Source: Eledone cirrhosa (lineage: Eukaryota). Taken from it: a DNA stretch of 64,000 nt. Location: the NCBI GenBank assembly GCA_964016885.1, contig OZ024744.1, forward strand, positions 25,730,001 through 25,794,000. The letters are read 5' to 3'. Each line of letters opens with the position of its first letter. The stretch's first letter is position 1. A program made the translations under genes and the position numbers. Positions 33,071 through 48,000 of the stretch are shown in pieces. The notes below the pieces were generated by a model. The model was not told the origin of the DNA. It did not search any database and saw only the letters and a program-made list of their open reading frames with translations.

Positions 33071-36000
33071 CTCCCTACTAACTCTCTCCCCTATATCTCC
33101 CTACTAACTCTCTCTCTCCTATATCTCCCTACTAACTCTCTCTCCCCTATATCTCCCTACTAACTCTCTCTCCCCTATATCTCCCTACTAAATCTCTCTA
33201 CCCTATATCTCCCTACTAACTCTCTCTCCTCTATATCTACATACTAACTCTCTTTCCCCTATATATCCCTACCTACTCTCTCTACCCTATATCTCCCTAC
33301 TAACTCTCTCTCACCTATATCTCCCTACTAACTCTCTCTCCCCTATATCTTCCTACTAACTCTCTCTCCCCTATATCTCCCTACTAACACTCTCTCCACT
33401 ATATCTATCTACTAACTCTCTCTCCCCTATATCTCCCTACTAACTCTCTCTCCTCTATATCTCCGTACCAACACTCTCTCACCTATATCCCCAACTAACT
33501 CTCTCCCCCTATATCTCCCTAGTAACACTATCTCCCCTATATCTCCCTACAAAAAATCTCTCCCCTATATCTCCCTACTAACTCCCTCTCCCCTATATCT
33601 CCCTACTAACACTCTCTTTCCTATATCTCCCTCCTAACTCTCTCTCTCCTTTATATCTCCCTACTATCCCTCCCTCCCCTTTATCTCCCTACTAACTCTC
33701 TCTTCCCTATATCTCCTTACTAACTCCCTCTCCCCTATATCTCCCTACTAACTCCCTCTACCCTATATCTCCCTACCTACTCTCTCTCTCCTATATCTCC
33801 CTACTAACTCTCTCTCCACTATATCTCCTTACTAACTTTCTCTCTCCTATATCTCCCTACTAACCCTCTCTCTCCCCTATAACTCCCTAGTAACTCTCTC
33901 TCCCCTATATCTCCCTAGTAACACTATCTCCCCTATATCTCCCTACTAATTAATTCTCCCCTATATTTCCCTACTAAGTCTCTCTCCCCTATATCTCCCT
34001 ACTAACTCTCCCTCCCTATATCTCCCAACTAACTCTCTCTCTCCCCTATATCTCTTTACTAAGTCTCTCTCCAATATATCTCCATACTAACTCTCTCTCC
34101 CCTATTTCTCCCTACTAACTCTCTCTCCCTCTATATCTCCCTGCTAACTCTCTCTGTCCCCTATATCTCCCAACTAACTCTCTCTCTCCCCTATATCTCC
34201 CTACTAACTCTCTCTCCCCTATATCTCCCTACTAACTCTCTCCCCTATATCTCCCTACTAACTCTCTCTCCCATATATCTCCCTACTAACTCCCTCTCTT
34301 CCCTATATATCCCTACTAACTCTCACTCTCCCCTATATCTCCCTACTAACACTCTCTCCCGTATATCTCCCTACTAAGTCTCTCTGCCCTATATCTCCCT
34401 ACTAACTCTTTCCTTCCTATATCTCCCTACTAACTCTCTCTCCCCTATATCTCCCTACTAAATCTCTCTCCCCTATATCTCGCTACTAACTCTCTCTCAC
34501 CCCTAAATCTCCCTACTAACTCTCTCTCTCTCCCCTATATCTCCCTACTAACTCTCTCCCCTATATCTACCTACTAACTCTCTCTCCCCTATACTTCCCT
34601 ACTAACTCTCTCTCTCCTATATCTCCCTACTAACTCCCTCTCTCACCTATATCTCCCTACTAAAACTCTCTCCCATATATCTCCCTACTAACACTCTCTC
34701 CCCTATGTCTTCTTCCTAAATCTCTCTCCCCTATATCTCCCTACTAACACTCTCTCCCCTATATCTCCCTACTAACTCTCTCTCCCCTATATTTCCCTAC
34801 TAAATCTCTCACCCCTATATCTCTCTACTAACATTCTCTCCTCTATATCTCCCTACCAACTCTCCCTCCTCTATATCTCCCTACTAACTCTCTCTCCCCT
34901 ATATCTCCCTACTAACTCTCTCTCCCCTATATCTCCCTACTAACACTCTCTCCCCTATATCTCCTACTAACTTTCTCTCCACTATATCTCCCTACTAACT
35001 CTCTCTCCCCTATATCTCCCTACTAACCCTCTCTCTCCCCTATATCTCCCTAGTAACTCTCTCTCCCCTATATCTCCATAGTAACACTATCTCCCCTATA
35101 TCTCCCTACTAATTAATTCTCCCCTATATCTCCCTACTAACTCTCTCTCCCGTATATCTCCCTACTAAGTCTCTCTCCCCTATATCTCCCTACTAACTCT
35201 CTCTCCCCTATATCTCCCAACTAACTCTCTCTCTCCCCTATATCTCTTTACTAAGTCTCTCTCCACTATATCTCCCTACTAACTCTCTCTCCCCTATATC
35301 TCCCTACTAACTCTCTCTCCCCCTATATCTCCCTGCTAACTCTCTCTCTCCCCTATATCTCCCAACTAACTCTCTCTCTCCCATATATCTCCCTACTAAC
35401 TCCCTCTCTTCCCTATATATCCCTACTAACTCTCACTCTCCCCTATATCTCCCTACTAACACTCTCTCCCGTATATCTCCCTTCTAAGTCTCTCTCCCCT
35501 ATATCTCCCTACTGACTCTTTCGCTCCTATATCCCCCTACTAACTCTCTCTCCCCTATATCTCCCTACTAAATCTCTCTCCCCTATATCTCGCTACTAAC
35601 TCTCTCTCTCCCCTATATGTCCCTACTAACTCTCTCTCACCCCTAAATCTCCCTACTAACTCTCTCTCTCCCCTATATCTCACTACTAACTCTCTCCCCT
35701 ATATCTACCTACTAACTCTCTCTCCCCTATACTTCCCAACTAACTCTCTCTCTCCTATATCTCCCTACTAACTCCCTATCTCCCCTATATCTCCCTACTA
35801 ACACTCTCTCCCCTATATCTCCCTACTAACTCTCTCTCCCCTATATCTCCCTACTAACTCTCTCTCCCCTATATCTCCCTACCTATTCTCTCCCCTATAT
35901 CTACCTACTAACTCCCTCTCTCCTTTATATCTCCCTACCTACTCTCTCTCCCCTATATCTCCCTACCAACTCTCTCTCCCCTATATCTCTCTACTAACTC

Positions 36001-39000
36001 TCTCTCCCCTATATCTCCCTACTAACGCTCTCTCCCCAATATCTCCCTACCTACTCTCTCTCCCCTATATCTCCCTACTAACACTCTGTCCCCTATATCT
36101 ACCTACTAACTCCCTCTCTCCTTTATATCTCCCTACCTACTCTCTCTCCCCTATATCTCCCTACCAACTCTCTCTCCCCTATATCTCTCTACTAACTCTC
36201 TCTCCCCGATATCTCCCTACTAACGCTCTCTCCCCAATATCTCCCTACCTACTCTCTCTCCCCTATATCTCCCTACTAACACTCTCTCCCCTATATCTCC
36301 TACTAAATTTTCTCTCCCCTATATCTCCCTACTAACTCTCTCTCCGCTATATCTCCCTACTAACTCTCTCTCCACTATATCTCCCTACTAACTCTCTCTC
36401 TCCTATATCTCCCAACTAACTCTCTCTCTCCCCTATATCTCCCTACTAACCCTCTCTCTCCTCTATATCTCCCTAGTAACTCTCTCTCCCCTATATCTCC
36501 CTAGTAACATTCTCTCTCCCCTATATCTCCCCCCTATATCAACCAACTAACTCTCTCTCTCCCCTATATCTCCCTACTAACTCTCTCTCCCCTATATCTC
36601 CCTACTAACTCTCTCTCCCATATATCTCCCTACTAACTCCCTCTTTACCCTAAATATCCCTACTAACTCTCTCTCTCCCCTATATCTCCCTACTAACACT
36701 CTCCCCCGTATATCTCCCTACTAACTCTCTCCCCTATATCTCCCTACTAACTCTTTCGCTCCTATATCTCCCTACTAACTCTCTCTCCACTATATCTCCC
36801 TAATAATTCTCTCTCCCCTATATCTCCCTACTAAATCTCTCTCTCCTATATCTCCATTCTAACTCTCTCTCACCCCTAAATCTCCCTACTAAATCTCTCT
36901 CTCCCCTATATCTCCCTACTAACTCTCTCCCGCCTATACTTCCCTACTAACTCTCTCTCTCCTATATCTCCCTACTAACTCTCTCTCCCCTATATCTCCC
37001 TACTAACACTCTCTCCCCTATATCTCCCTTCTAACTCTCTCTCCACTATATCTCCCTACTAAACTCTCTCTCCCCTATATCTCCCTAGTAACTCTCTCTC
37101 CCCTATATCTCCCTAGTAACACTATCTCCCGTATATCTCCCTACTAAGTCTCTCTCCCCTATATCTCCCAACTAACTCTCTCTCCCCTATATCTCCCTAC
37201 TAACTCTCTCTCCCCCCTATATCAACCAACTAACTCTCTCTCTCCCCTATATCTCCCTACTAACTCTCTCTCCCCTATATCTCCCTACTAACTCTCTCTC
37301 CCATATATCTCCCTACTAACTCCCTCTTTACCCTATATATCCCTACTAACTCTCTCTCTCCCCTATATCTCCCTACTAACACTCTCCCCCGTATATCTCC
37401 CTACTAACTCTCTCCCCTATATCTCCCTACTAACTCTTTCGCTCCTATATCTCCCTACTAACTCTCTCTCCACTATATCTCCCTAATAACTCTCTCTCCC
37501 CTATATCTCCCTACTAAATCTCTCTCTCCTATATCACCATTCTAACTCTCTCTCACCCCTAAATCTCCCTACTAACTCTCTCTCTCCCATATATCTCCCT
37601 ACTAACTCTCTCCCGCCTATACTTCCCTACTAACTCTCTCTCTCCTATATCTCCCTACTAACTCTCTCTCCCCTATATCTCCCTACTAACACTCTCTCCC
37701 CTATATCTTCCTACTAAATCTCTCTCTCCCCTATATCTCCCTACTTATTCTCTCCCCCCCCTATATCTCCCTACTAACACTCTCTCCCCTATATCTCCTA
37801 CTAACACTCTCTCCACTATATCTATCTACTAACTCTCTCTCCACTATATCTCCCTACTAACTCTCTCTCCCCTATATCTCCCTACTAACTCTCTCTCCCC
37901 TATATCTCCCTACTAACGCTCTCTCCCCTATATCTCCCTACTAACTCTCTCTCCCCTATATCTCCCTACTAACTCTCTATCCCCTATATCTCCCTACCAA
38001 CTCTCTCTACCCTATATCTCCCTACTAAATCTCTCTCCTCTATATCTACCTACTAACTCTCTCTCCCCTATATCTCCCTACCTACTCTCTCTCCCCTATA
38101 TCTTCCTACTAACTCTCTCTCCCTATATCTCCCTACTAACTATCTCTCCCCCCCTATATCTCCCTACTAACTCTCTCTCCCATATATATCCCTAACTACT
38201 CTCTCTCCCCTATATCTTCCTACTAAATCTCTCTCTCCCCTATATCTCCCTACATATTCTCTCCCCTCCTATATCTCCCTACTAAATCTCTCTCCCCTAT
38301 ATCTCCCTACTAAAACACTCTCCCCTATATCTCCCTACTAACTCCCTCTCTCCTATATCTCCCAACTAACTGTCTCTCTCCCCTATATCTCCCTACTAAC
38401 TCTCTCTCCCCTATATCTCCCTACTAACACTCTCTCCCTTATATCTCCCTGCTAACACTCTCTCTCCCCTATGTCTCCCTACTAACTCTCTCTCTCACCT
38501 ATAGCTCCCTACTAACTCTCTCACCCCTATATCTCCCTACCAACTCTCTCTCCCCTATATCTCCTAACTAACTCCCTCTCTCCCCTATATCTCCCTACTA
38601 ACTCTCTCTCTCCCCTATATCTCCCTACTAACAATCTCTCCCCTATATCTCCCTACTAAATCTCTCTCCCCTATATCTCCCTACTAACTCTCTCACCATA
38701 TATCTACCTACTAACTCTCTCTCCCCTATATCTCCCTACTAACTCTCTCTCCTCTATATCTCCCTACCTACTCTCTCTCTCCTATATCTCCCTACTAACT
38801 CTCTCTCCCCTATATCTCGCTAATAACGCTCTCTCCCCTATATCTCCCTACTAACACTCTCTCCCCTATATCTCCTACTAAATTTTCTCTCCCCTATATC
38901 TCCCTACTAACTCTCTCTCCGCTATATCTCCCTACTAACTCTCTCTCCACTATATCTCCCTACTAACTCTCTCTCTCCTATATTTCCCAACTAACTCTCT

Positions 39001-42000
39001 CTCTCCCCTATATCTCCCTACTAACCCTCTCTCTCCTCTATATCTCCCTAGTAACTCTCTCTCACCTATATCTCCCTAGTAACATTCTCTCTCCCCTATA
39101 TCTCTTTACTAACTCTCTCTCCACTATATCTCCCTACTAACTCTCTCTCCCCTATATCTCCCTACTAACATCTCTCCCCTATATCACCCTACCAACTCTC
39201 CCTCCTCTATATCTCCCTACTAACTCTCTCTCCCCTATATCTCCCTACTAACTCTCTCTCCCGTATATCTCCCTACTACGTCTCTCTCCCCTATATCTCC
39301 CAACTAACTCTCTCTCCCCTATATCTCGCTACTAACTCTCTCTCCACTATATCTCCCTAGTAACTCTCTCTCCCCTATTTCTCCCTACTAACTCTCTCTC
39401 CCCTATATCTCCTTACTAACTCTCTCTCCCCTATATCTCCCTACTAACGCTCTCTCCCCTATATCTCCCTACTAACTCTCTCTCCCCTATATCTCCCTAC
39501 TAACTCTCTATCCCCTATATCTCCCTACCAACTCTCTCTACCCTATATCTCCCTACTAAATCTCTCTCCTCTATATCTACCTACTAACTCTCTCTCCCCT
39601 ATATCTCCCTACCTACTCTCTCTCCCCTATATCTTCCTACTAACTCTCTCTCCCTATATCTCCCTACTAACTATCTCTCCCCCCCTATATCTCCCTACTA
39701 ACTCTCTCTCCCATATATATCCCTAACTACTCTCTCTCCCCTATATCTTCCTACTAAATCTCTCTCTCCCCTATATCTCCCTACATATTCTCTCCCCTCC
39801 TATATCTCCCTACTAAATCTCTCTCCCCTATATCTCCCTACTAACACTCTCTCCCCTATATCTCCCTACTAACTCTCTCTCCCATATATCTCCCTACTAA
39901 CTCCCTCTTTACCCTAAATATCCCTACTAACTCTCTCCCCTATATCTCCCTACTAACTCTTTCGCTCCTATATCTCCCTACTAACTCTCTCTCCACTATA
40001 TCTCCCTAATAATTCTCTCTCCCCTATATCTCCCTACTAAATCTCTCTCTCCTATATCTCCATTCTAACTCTCTCTCACCCCTAAATCTCCCTACTAACT
40101 CTCTCTCTCTCCCCTATATCTCCCTACTAACTCTCTCCCGCCTATACTTCCGTACTAACTCTCTCTCTCCTATATCTCCCTACTAACTCTCTCTCCCCTA
40201 TATCTCCCTACTAACACTCTCTCCCCGACATCTCCCTTCTAACTCTCTCTCCACTATATCTCCCTACTAACCTCTCTCTCCCCTATATCTCCCTAGTAAC
40301 TCTCTCTCCCCTATATCTCCCTAGTAACACTATCTCCCGTATATCTCCCTACTAAGTCTCTCTCCCCTATATCTCCCAACTAACTCTCTCTCCCCTATAT
40401 CTCCCTACTAACTCTCTCTCCCCCCTATATCAACCAACTAACTCTCTCTCTCCCCTATATCTCCCTACTAACTCTCTCTCCCCTATATCTCCCTACTAAC
40501 TCTCTCTCCCATATATCTCCCTACTAACTCCCTCTTTACCCTATATATCCCTACTAACTCTCTCTCTCCCCTATATCTCCCTACTAACACTCTCCCCCGT
40601 ATATCTCCCTACTAACTCTCTCCCCTATATCTCCCTACTAACTCTTTCGCTCCTATATCTCCCTACTAACTCTCTCTCCACTATATCTCCCTAATAACTC
40701 TCTCTCCCCTATATCTCCCTACTAAATCTCTCTCTCCTATATCTCCATTATAACTCTCTCTCACCCCTAAATATCCCTACTAACTCTCTCTCTCCTCTAT
40801 ATCTCCCTACTAACTCTCTCTCCCCTATATCTCGCTAATAACGCTCTCTCCTCTATATCTCCCTACTAACTCTCTCTCCCCTATATCTCCCTACTAACAC
40901 TCTCTCCCCTATATCTCCTACTAAATTTTCTCTCCCCTATATCTCCCTACTAACTCTCTCTCCGCTATATCTCCCTACTAACTCTCTCTCCACTATATCT
41001 CCCTACTAACTCTCTCTCTCCTATATTTCCCAACTAACTCTCTCTCGCCCCTATATCTCCCTACTAACCCTCTCTCTCCTCTATATCTCCCTAGTAACTC
41101 TCTCTCACCTATATCTCCCTAGTAACATTCTCTCTCCCCTATATCTCTTTACTAACTCTCTCTCCACTATATCTCCCTACTAACTCTCTCTCCCCTATAT
41201 CTCCCTACTAACATCTCTCCCCTATATCACCCTACCAACTCTCCCTCCTCTATATCTCCCTACTAACTCTCTCTCCCCTATATCTCCCTACTAACTCTCT
41301 CTCCCGTATATCTCCCTACTACGTCTCTCTCCCCTATATCTCCCAACTAACTCTCTCTCTCCCCTATATCTCCCTACTAACCCTCTCTCTCCTCTATATC
41401 TCCCTAGTAACTCTCTCTCCCCTATATCTCCCTAGTAACATTCTCTCTCCCCTATATCTCTTTACTAACTCTCTCTCCACTATATCTCCCTACTAACTCT
41501 CTCTCCCCTATATCTCCCTACTAACATCTCTCCCCTATATCACCCTACCAACTCTCCCTCCTCTATATCTCCCTACTAACATCTCTCCCCAATATCACCC
41601 TACCAACTCTCCCTCCTCTATTTCTCCCTACTAACTCTCTCCCCTATATCTCCCTACTAACTCTCTCTCCCCTATATCTCGCTACTAACTCTCTCTCCAC
41701 TATATCTCCCTAGTAACTCTCTCTCCCCTATTTCTCCCTACTAACTCTCTCTCCCCTATATCTCCTTACTAACTCTCTCTCCCCTATATCTCCCTACTAA
41801 CGCTCTCTCCCCTATATCTCCCTACTAACACTCTCTCCCCTATATCTCCCTACTAACTCTCTATCCCCTATATCTCCCTACCAACTCTCTCTACCCTATA
41901 TCTCCCTACTAAATCTCTCTCCTCTATATCTACCTACTAACTCTCTCTCCCCTATATCTCCCTACCTACTCTCTCTCCCCTATATCTTCCTACTAACTCT

Positions 42001-45000
42001 CTCTCCCTATATCTCCCTACTAACTATCTCTCCCCCCCTATATCTCCCTACTAACTCTCTCTCCCATATATATCCCTAACTACTCTCTCTCCCCTATATC
42101 TTCCTACTAAATCTCTCTCTCCCCTATATCTCCCTACATATTCTCTCCCCTCCTATATCTCCCTACTAAATCTCTCTCCCCTATATCTCCCTACTAACAC
42201 TCTCTCCCCTATATCTCCCTACTAACTGTCTCTCCCATATATCTCCCTACTAACTCCCTCTTTACCCTAAATATCCCTACTAACTCTCTCCCCTATATCT
42301 CCCTACTAACTCTCTCTCCCCTATATCTCCCTACTAACTCTCTCTCCCATATATCTCCCTACTAACTCCCTCTTTACCCTATATATCCCTACTAACTCTC
42401 TCTCTCCCCTATATCTCCCTACTAACACTCTCCCCCGTATATCTCCCTACTAACTCTCTCCCCTATATCTCCCTACTAACTCTTTCGCTCCTATATCTCC
42501 CTACTAACTCTCTCTCCACTATATCTCCCTAATAACTCTCTCTCCCCTATATCTCCCTACTAAATCTCTCTCTCCTATATCTCCATTCTAACTCTCTCCC
42601 ACCCCTAAATCTCCCTACTAACTCTCTCTCTCCCCTATATCTCCCTACTAACTCTCTCCCACCTATACTTCCCTACTAACTCTCTCTCTCCTATATCTCC
42701 CTACTAACTCTCTCTCCCCTATATCTCCCTACTAACACTCTCTCCCCTATATCTTCCTACTAAATCTCTCTCTCCCCTATATCTCCCTACCTATTCTCTC
42801 CCCCCCCTATATCTCCCTACTAACTCTCTCTCCCCTATATCTCCCTACTAACACTCTCTCCCCTATATCTCCTACTAACACCCTCTCCCCTATATCTCCC
42901 TACTAACTCTCTCTCCCCTATATCTCGCTACTAACTCTCTCTCCACTATATCTCCCTAGTAACTCTCTCTCCCCTATTTCTCCCTACTAACTCTCTCTCC
43001 CCTATATCTCCCTACTAACTCTCTCTCCCCTATATCTCCCTACTAACGTTCTCTCCCCTATATCTCCCTACTAACTCTCTATCCCCTATATCTCCCTACC
43101 AACTCTCTCTACCCTATATCTCCTTACTAAATCTCTCTCCTCTATATCTACCTACTAACTCTCTCTCCCCTATATCTCCCTACCTACTCTCTCTCCCCTA
43201 TATCTTCCTACTAACACTCTCTCCCTATATCTCCCTACTAACTATCTCTCCCCCCCCTATATCTCCCTACTAACTCTCTCTCCCATATATATCCCTAACT
43301 ACTCTCTCTCCCCTATATCTTCCTACTAAATCTCTCTCTCCCCTATATCTCCCTACCAACTCTCTCTCCCCTATATCTCCTAACTAACTCCCTCTCTCCC
43401 CTATATCTCCCTACTAACTCTCTCTCTCCCCTATATCTCCCTACTAACAATCTCTCCCCTATATCTCCCTACTAAATCTCTCTCCCCTATATCTCCCTAC
43501 TAACTCTCTCTCCATATATCTACCTACTAACTCTCTCTCCCCTATATCTCCCTACTAACTCTCTCTCCCCTATATCTCCCTACTAACTCTCTCTCCCCTA
43601 TACTTCCCTACTAACTCTCTCTCTCTCCTATATCTCCCTACTAACTCCCTCTCTCACATATATCTCCCTACTAACTCTCTCTCCATATATCTACCTACTA
43701 ACTCTCTCTCCCCTATATCTCCCTACTAACTCTCTCTCCTCTATATCTCCCTACCTACTCTCTCTCTCCTATATCTCCCTACTAACTCTCTCTCCCCTAT
43801 ATCTCGCTAATAACGCTCTCTCCTCTATATCTCCCTACTAACTCTCTCTCCCCTATATCTCCCTACTAACACTCTCTCCCCTATATCTCCTACTAAATTT
43901 TCTCTCCCCTATATCTCCCTACTAACTCTCTCTCCGCTATATCTCCCTACTAACTCTCTCTCCACTATATCTCCCTACTAACTCTCTCTCTCCTATATTT
44001 CCCAACTAACTCTCTCTCTCCCCTATATCTCCCTACTAACCCTCTCTCTCCTCTATATCTCCCTAGTAACTCTCTCTCACCTATATCTCCCTAGTAACAT
44101 TCTCTCTCCCCTATATCTCTTTACTAACTCTCTCTCCACTAGATCTCCCTACTAACTCTCTCTCCCCTATATCTCCCTACTAACATCTCTCCCCTATATC
44201 ACCCTACCAACTCTCCCTCCTCTATATCTCCCTACTAACTCTCTCTCCCCTATATCTCCCTACTAACTCTCTCTCCCGTATATCTCCCTACTACGTCTCT
44301 CTCCCCTATATCTCCCAACTAACTCTCTCTCTCCCCTATATCTCCCTACTAACCCTCTCTCTCCTCTATATCTCCCTAGTAACTCTCTCTCCCCTATATC
44401 TCCCTAGTAACATTCTCTCTCCCCTATATCTCCCTACTAACTCTCTCTACCCTATATCTCCCTACTAACATCTCTCCTCTATATCACCCTACCAACTCTC
44501 CCTCCTCTATATCTCCCTACTAACGTCTCTCCCCTATATCACCCTACCAACTCTCCCTCCTCTAAATCTCCCTACTAACTCTCTCCCCTATATCACCCTA
44601 CTAACTCTCTCTCCCCTATATCTCGCTACTAACTCTCTCTCCACTATATCTTCCTAGTAACTCTCTCTCCCCTATTTCTCCCTACTAACTCTCTCTCCCC
44701 TATATCTCCTTACTAACTCTCTCTCCCCTATATCTCCCTACTAACGCTCTCTCCCCTATATCTCCCTACTAACTCTCTCTCCCCTATATCTCCCTACTAA
44801 CTCTCTCTCCTCTATATCTCCCTACCTACTCTCTCTCTCCTATATCTCCCTACTAACTCTCTCTCCCCTATATCTCGCTAATAACGCTCTCTCCTCTATA
44901 TCTCCCTACTAACTCTCTCTCCCCTATATCTCCCTACTAACACTCTCTCCCCTATATCTCCTACTAAATTTTCTCTCCCCTATATCTCCCTACTAACTCT

Positions 45001-48000
45001 CTCTCCGCTATATCTCCCTACTAACTCTCTCTCCACTATATCTCCCTACTAACTCTCTCTCTCCTATATTTCCCAACTAACTCTCTCTCGCCCCTATATC
45101 TCCCTACTAACCCTCTCTCTCCTCTATATCTCCCTAGTAACTCTCTCTCACCTATATTTCCCTAGTAACATTCTCTCTCCCCTATATCTCTTTACTAACT
45201 CTCTCTCCACTATATCTCCCTACTAACTCTCTCTCCCCTATATCTCCCTACTAACATCTCTCCCCTATATCACCCTACCAACTCTCCCTCCTCTATATCT
45301 CCCTACTAACTCTCTCTCCCCTATATCTCCCTACTAACTCTCTCTCCCGTATATCTCCCTACTACGTCTCTCTCCCCTATATCTCCCAACTAACTCTCTC
45401 TCTCCCCTATATCTCCCTACTAACCCTCTCTCTCCTCTATATCTCCCTAGTAACTCTCTCTCCCCTATATCTCCCTAGTAACATTCTCTCTCCCCTATAT
45501 CTCTTTACTAACTCTCTCTCCACTATATCTCCCTACTAACTCTCTCTCCCCTATATCTCCCTACTAACATCTCTCCCCTATATCACCCTACCAACTCTCC
45601 CTCCTCTATATCTCCCTACTAACATCTCTCCCCAATATCACCCTACCAACTCTCCCTCCTCTATTTCTCCCTACTAACTCTCTCCCCTATATCTCCCTAC
45701 TAACTCTCTCTCCCCTATATCTCGCTACTAACTCTCTCTCCACTATATCTCCCTAGTAACTCTCTCTCCCCTATTTCTCCCTACTAACTCTCTCTCCCCT
45801 ATATCTCCTTACTAACTCTCTCTCCCCTATATCTCCCTACTAACGCTCTCTCCCCTATATCTCCCTACTAACACTCTCTCCCCTATATCTCCCTACTAAC
45901 TCTCTATCCCCTATATCTCCCTACCAAATCTCTCTACCCTATATCTCCCTACTAAATCTCTCTCCTCTATATCTACCTACTAACTCTCTCTCCCCTATAT
46001 CTCCCTACCTACTCTCTCTCCCCTATATCTTCCTACTAACTCTCTCTCCCTATATCTCCCTACTAACTATCTCTCCCCCCCTATATCTCCCTACTAACTC
46101 TCTCTCCCATATATATCCCTAACTACTCTCTCTCCCCTATATCTTCCTACTAAATCTCTCTCTCCCCTATATCTCCCTACATATTCTCTCCCCTCCTATA
46201 TCTCCCTACTAAATCTCTCTCCCCTATATCTCCCTACTAACACTCTCTCCCCTATATCTCCCTACTAACTGTCTCTCCCATATATCTCCCTACTAACTCC
46301 CTCTTTACCCTAAATATCCCTACTAACTCTCTCCCCTATATCTCCCTACTAACTCTCTCTCCCCTATATCTCCCTACTAACTCTCTCTCCCATATATCTC
46401 CCTACTAACTCCCTCTTTACCCTATATATCCCTACTAACTCTCTCTCTCCCCTATATCTCCCTACTAACACTCTCCCCCGTATATCTCCCTACTAACTCT
46501 CTCCCCTATATCTCCCTACTAACTCTTTCGCTCCTATATCTCCCTACTAACTCTCTCTCCACTATATCTCCCTAATAACTCTCTCTCCCCTATATCTCCC
46601 TACTAAATCTCTCTCTCCTATATCTCCATTCTAACTCTCTCCCACCCCTAAATCTCCCTACTAACTCTCTCTCTCCCCTATATCTCCCTACTAACTCTCT
46701 CCCACCTATACTTCCCTACTAACTCTCTCTCTCCTATATCTCCCTACTAACTCTCTCTCCCCTATATCTCCCTACTAACACTCTCTCCCCTATATCTTCC
46801 TACTAAATCTCTCTCTCCCCTATATCTCCCTACCTATTCTCTCCCCCCCTATATCTCCCTACTAACTCTCTCTCCCCTATATCTCCCTACTAACACTCTC
46901 TCCCCTATATCTCCTACTAACACCCTCTCCCCTATATCTCCCTACTAACTCTCTCCCCTATATCTCCCTACTAACTCTCTCTCCCCTATATCTCGCTACT
47001 AACTCTCTCTCCACTATATCTCCCTAGTAACTCTCTCTCCCCTATTTCTCCCTACTAACTCTCTCTCCCCTATATCTCCCTACTAACTCTCTCTCCCCTA
47101 TATCTCCCTACTAACGTTCTCTCCCCTATATCTCCCTACTAACTCTCTCTCCCCTATATCTCCCTACTAACTCTCTATCCCCTATATCTCCCTACCAACT
47201 CTCTCTACCCTATATCTCCTTACTAAATCTCTCTCCTCTATATCTACCTACTAACTCTCTCTCCCCTATATCTCCCTACCTACTCTCTCTCCCCTATATC
47301 TTCCTACTAACACTCTCTCCCTATATCTCCCTACTAACTATCTCTCCCCCCCTATATCTCCCTACTAACTCTCTCTCCCATATATATCCCTAACTACTCT
47401 CTCTCCCCTATATCTTCCTACTAAATCTCTCTCTCCCCTATATCTCCCTACCAACTCTCTCTCCCCTATATCTCCTAACTAACTCCCTCTCTCCCCTATA
47501 TCTCCCTACTAACTCTCTCTCTCCCCTATATCTCCCTACTAACAATCTCTCCCCTATATCTCCCTACTAAATCTCTCTCCCCTATATCTCCCTACTAACT
47601 CTCTCTCCATATATCTACCTACTAACTCTCTCTCCCCTATATCTCCCTACTAACTCTCTCTCCCCTATATCTCCCTACTAACTCTCTCTCCCCTATACTT
47701 CCCTACTAACTCTCTCTCCCCTATATCTCCCTACTAACATCTCTCCCCTATATCACCCTACCAACTCTCCCTCCTCTATATCTCCCTACTAACTCTCTCT
47801 CCCCTATATCTCCCTACTAACTCTCTCTCCCGTATATCTCCCTACTACGTCTCTCTCCCCTATATCTCCCAACTAACTCTCTCTCTCCCCTATATCTCCC
47901 TACTAACCCTCTCTCTCCTCTATATCTCCCTAGTAACTCTCTCTCCCCTATATCTCCCTAGTAACATTCTCTCTCCCCTATATCTCTTTACTAACTCTCT